From contig NC_092007.1 of NCBI RefSeq assembly GCF_044704955.1, positions 3,720,001 to 3,784,000 on the forward strand: a stretch of DNA of 64,000 nt. Reading direction: 5' to 3'. Positions within the stretch are counted from its first letter, which is position 1. Each line of letters begins with the position of its first letter. The DNA comes from Pristiophorus japonicus (taxonomy: Eukaryota). The position numbers were made by a program, and so were the translations under genes. The notes below the pieces were generated by a model, which did not search any database, was not told the origin of the DNA, and saw only the letters and a list, made by a program, of their open reading frames with translations. Positions 63,467 through 64,000 of this stretch are shown here, piece by piece.

Positions 63467-64000
63467 GTGTTTAACATTGTGAAAAGTTTTGATAGAGTGG
63501 ATACAGAGAGAATGTGGAGAAGAGCATAATTAGAGCCCATCAATATAAGATAGTCACCAAGAAATCCAATAGGGAATTCAGAAGGAGCTTCTTTACCAAG
63601 AGTGCCGTGAGAATGTGAAACTTGCTGCCACAGGGTGTGGTTGATGTGAATAGTATAGATACAGTTAAGGGGAAGCTGGACAAGCATATGAGGGAGAAGG
63701 GAATAGAGGGTTATGCTGATAGATGTCGATGAGGAAAGAAGGGAGGAGGCTCGAGTGGATTATAAACACTGGCATGGATTGGTTGGGCCAAATGGCCTGT
63801 TTCTGTATATCATATGTAATCCTATTGGGGAAAAATGGTTTGGGGCAATAGCGAATTGGCAGATCGCTTTTAAAACTGCTGGTACTCCTCCAATTGTTTG
63901 CACAGTTGATCTTTTAGGTCCTGAGAGACCTTGGTGTTCTTATAGTTCCCGTTGGTGCAGTTGATTTGTACTTCCTTCAAAACAAATGTGTTTCGCATAT

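Larger units (their letters stand above)
59130..63820 (+). mobile_element. Older CR1 3' fragment (59130-59600 and 63468-63820) hosting the inverted CR1
   Basis: LVRPHLEHC...EKGRLRG stops at 59600; F.IVKSFDRVD resumes at about 63470. Confidence 0.75.

Overview
Vertebrate genomic DNA, almost certainly a shark or other cartilaginous fish (inferred from dense CR1/HER1-type LINEs, SacSINE1-like SINEs and GPR139/142-like genes). Main contents: (1) A complete-boundary, env-deleted endogenous retrovirus on the minus strand (1839-7828) with 351-bp LTRs, a 5-bp TSD, a tRNA-Ser PBS, an A-AAA-AAC -1 frameshift, an open gag and a decayed pol. (2) Exons of a leukocyte-receptor-complex (LILR/GPVI/CHIR)-like Ig receptor: two C2-type Ig exons, one with an in-frame TGA, plus a TM exon. 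(3) An LTR-less epsilon-like ERV fragment whose pol carries a two-HxT (2H phosphoesterase-like) domain upstream of RT, plus the start of env. (4) Three intact two-exon GPR139/142-like GPCR genes of 323 aa, two of them from an 11-12.5 kb tandem duplication. (5) Many nested retroelements, including a very young 5'-inverted CR1 whose ORF2 is open across both halves. Family assignments are from motif recognition only; no database searches were run. Repeat boundaries are approximate unless a TSD is given.
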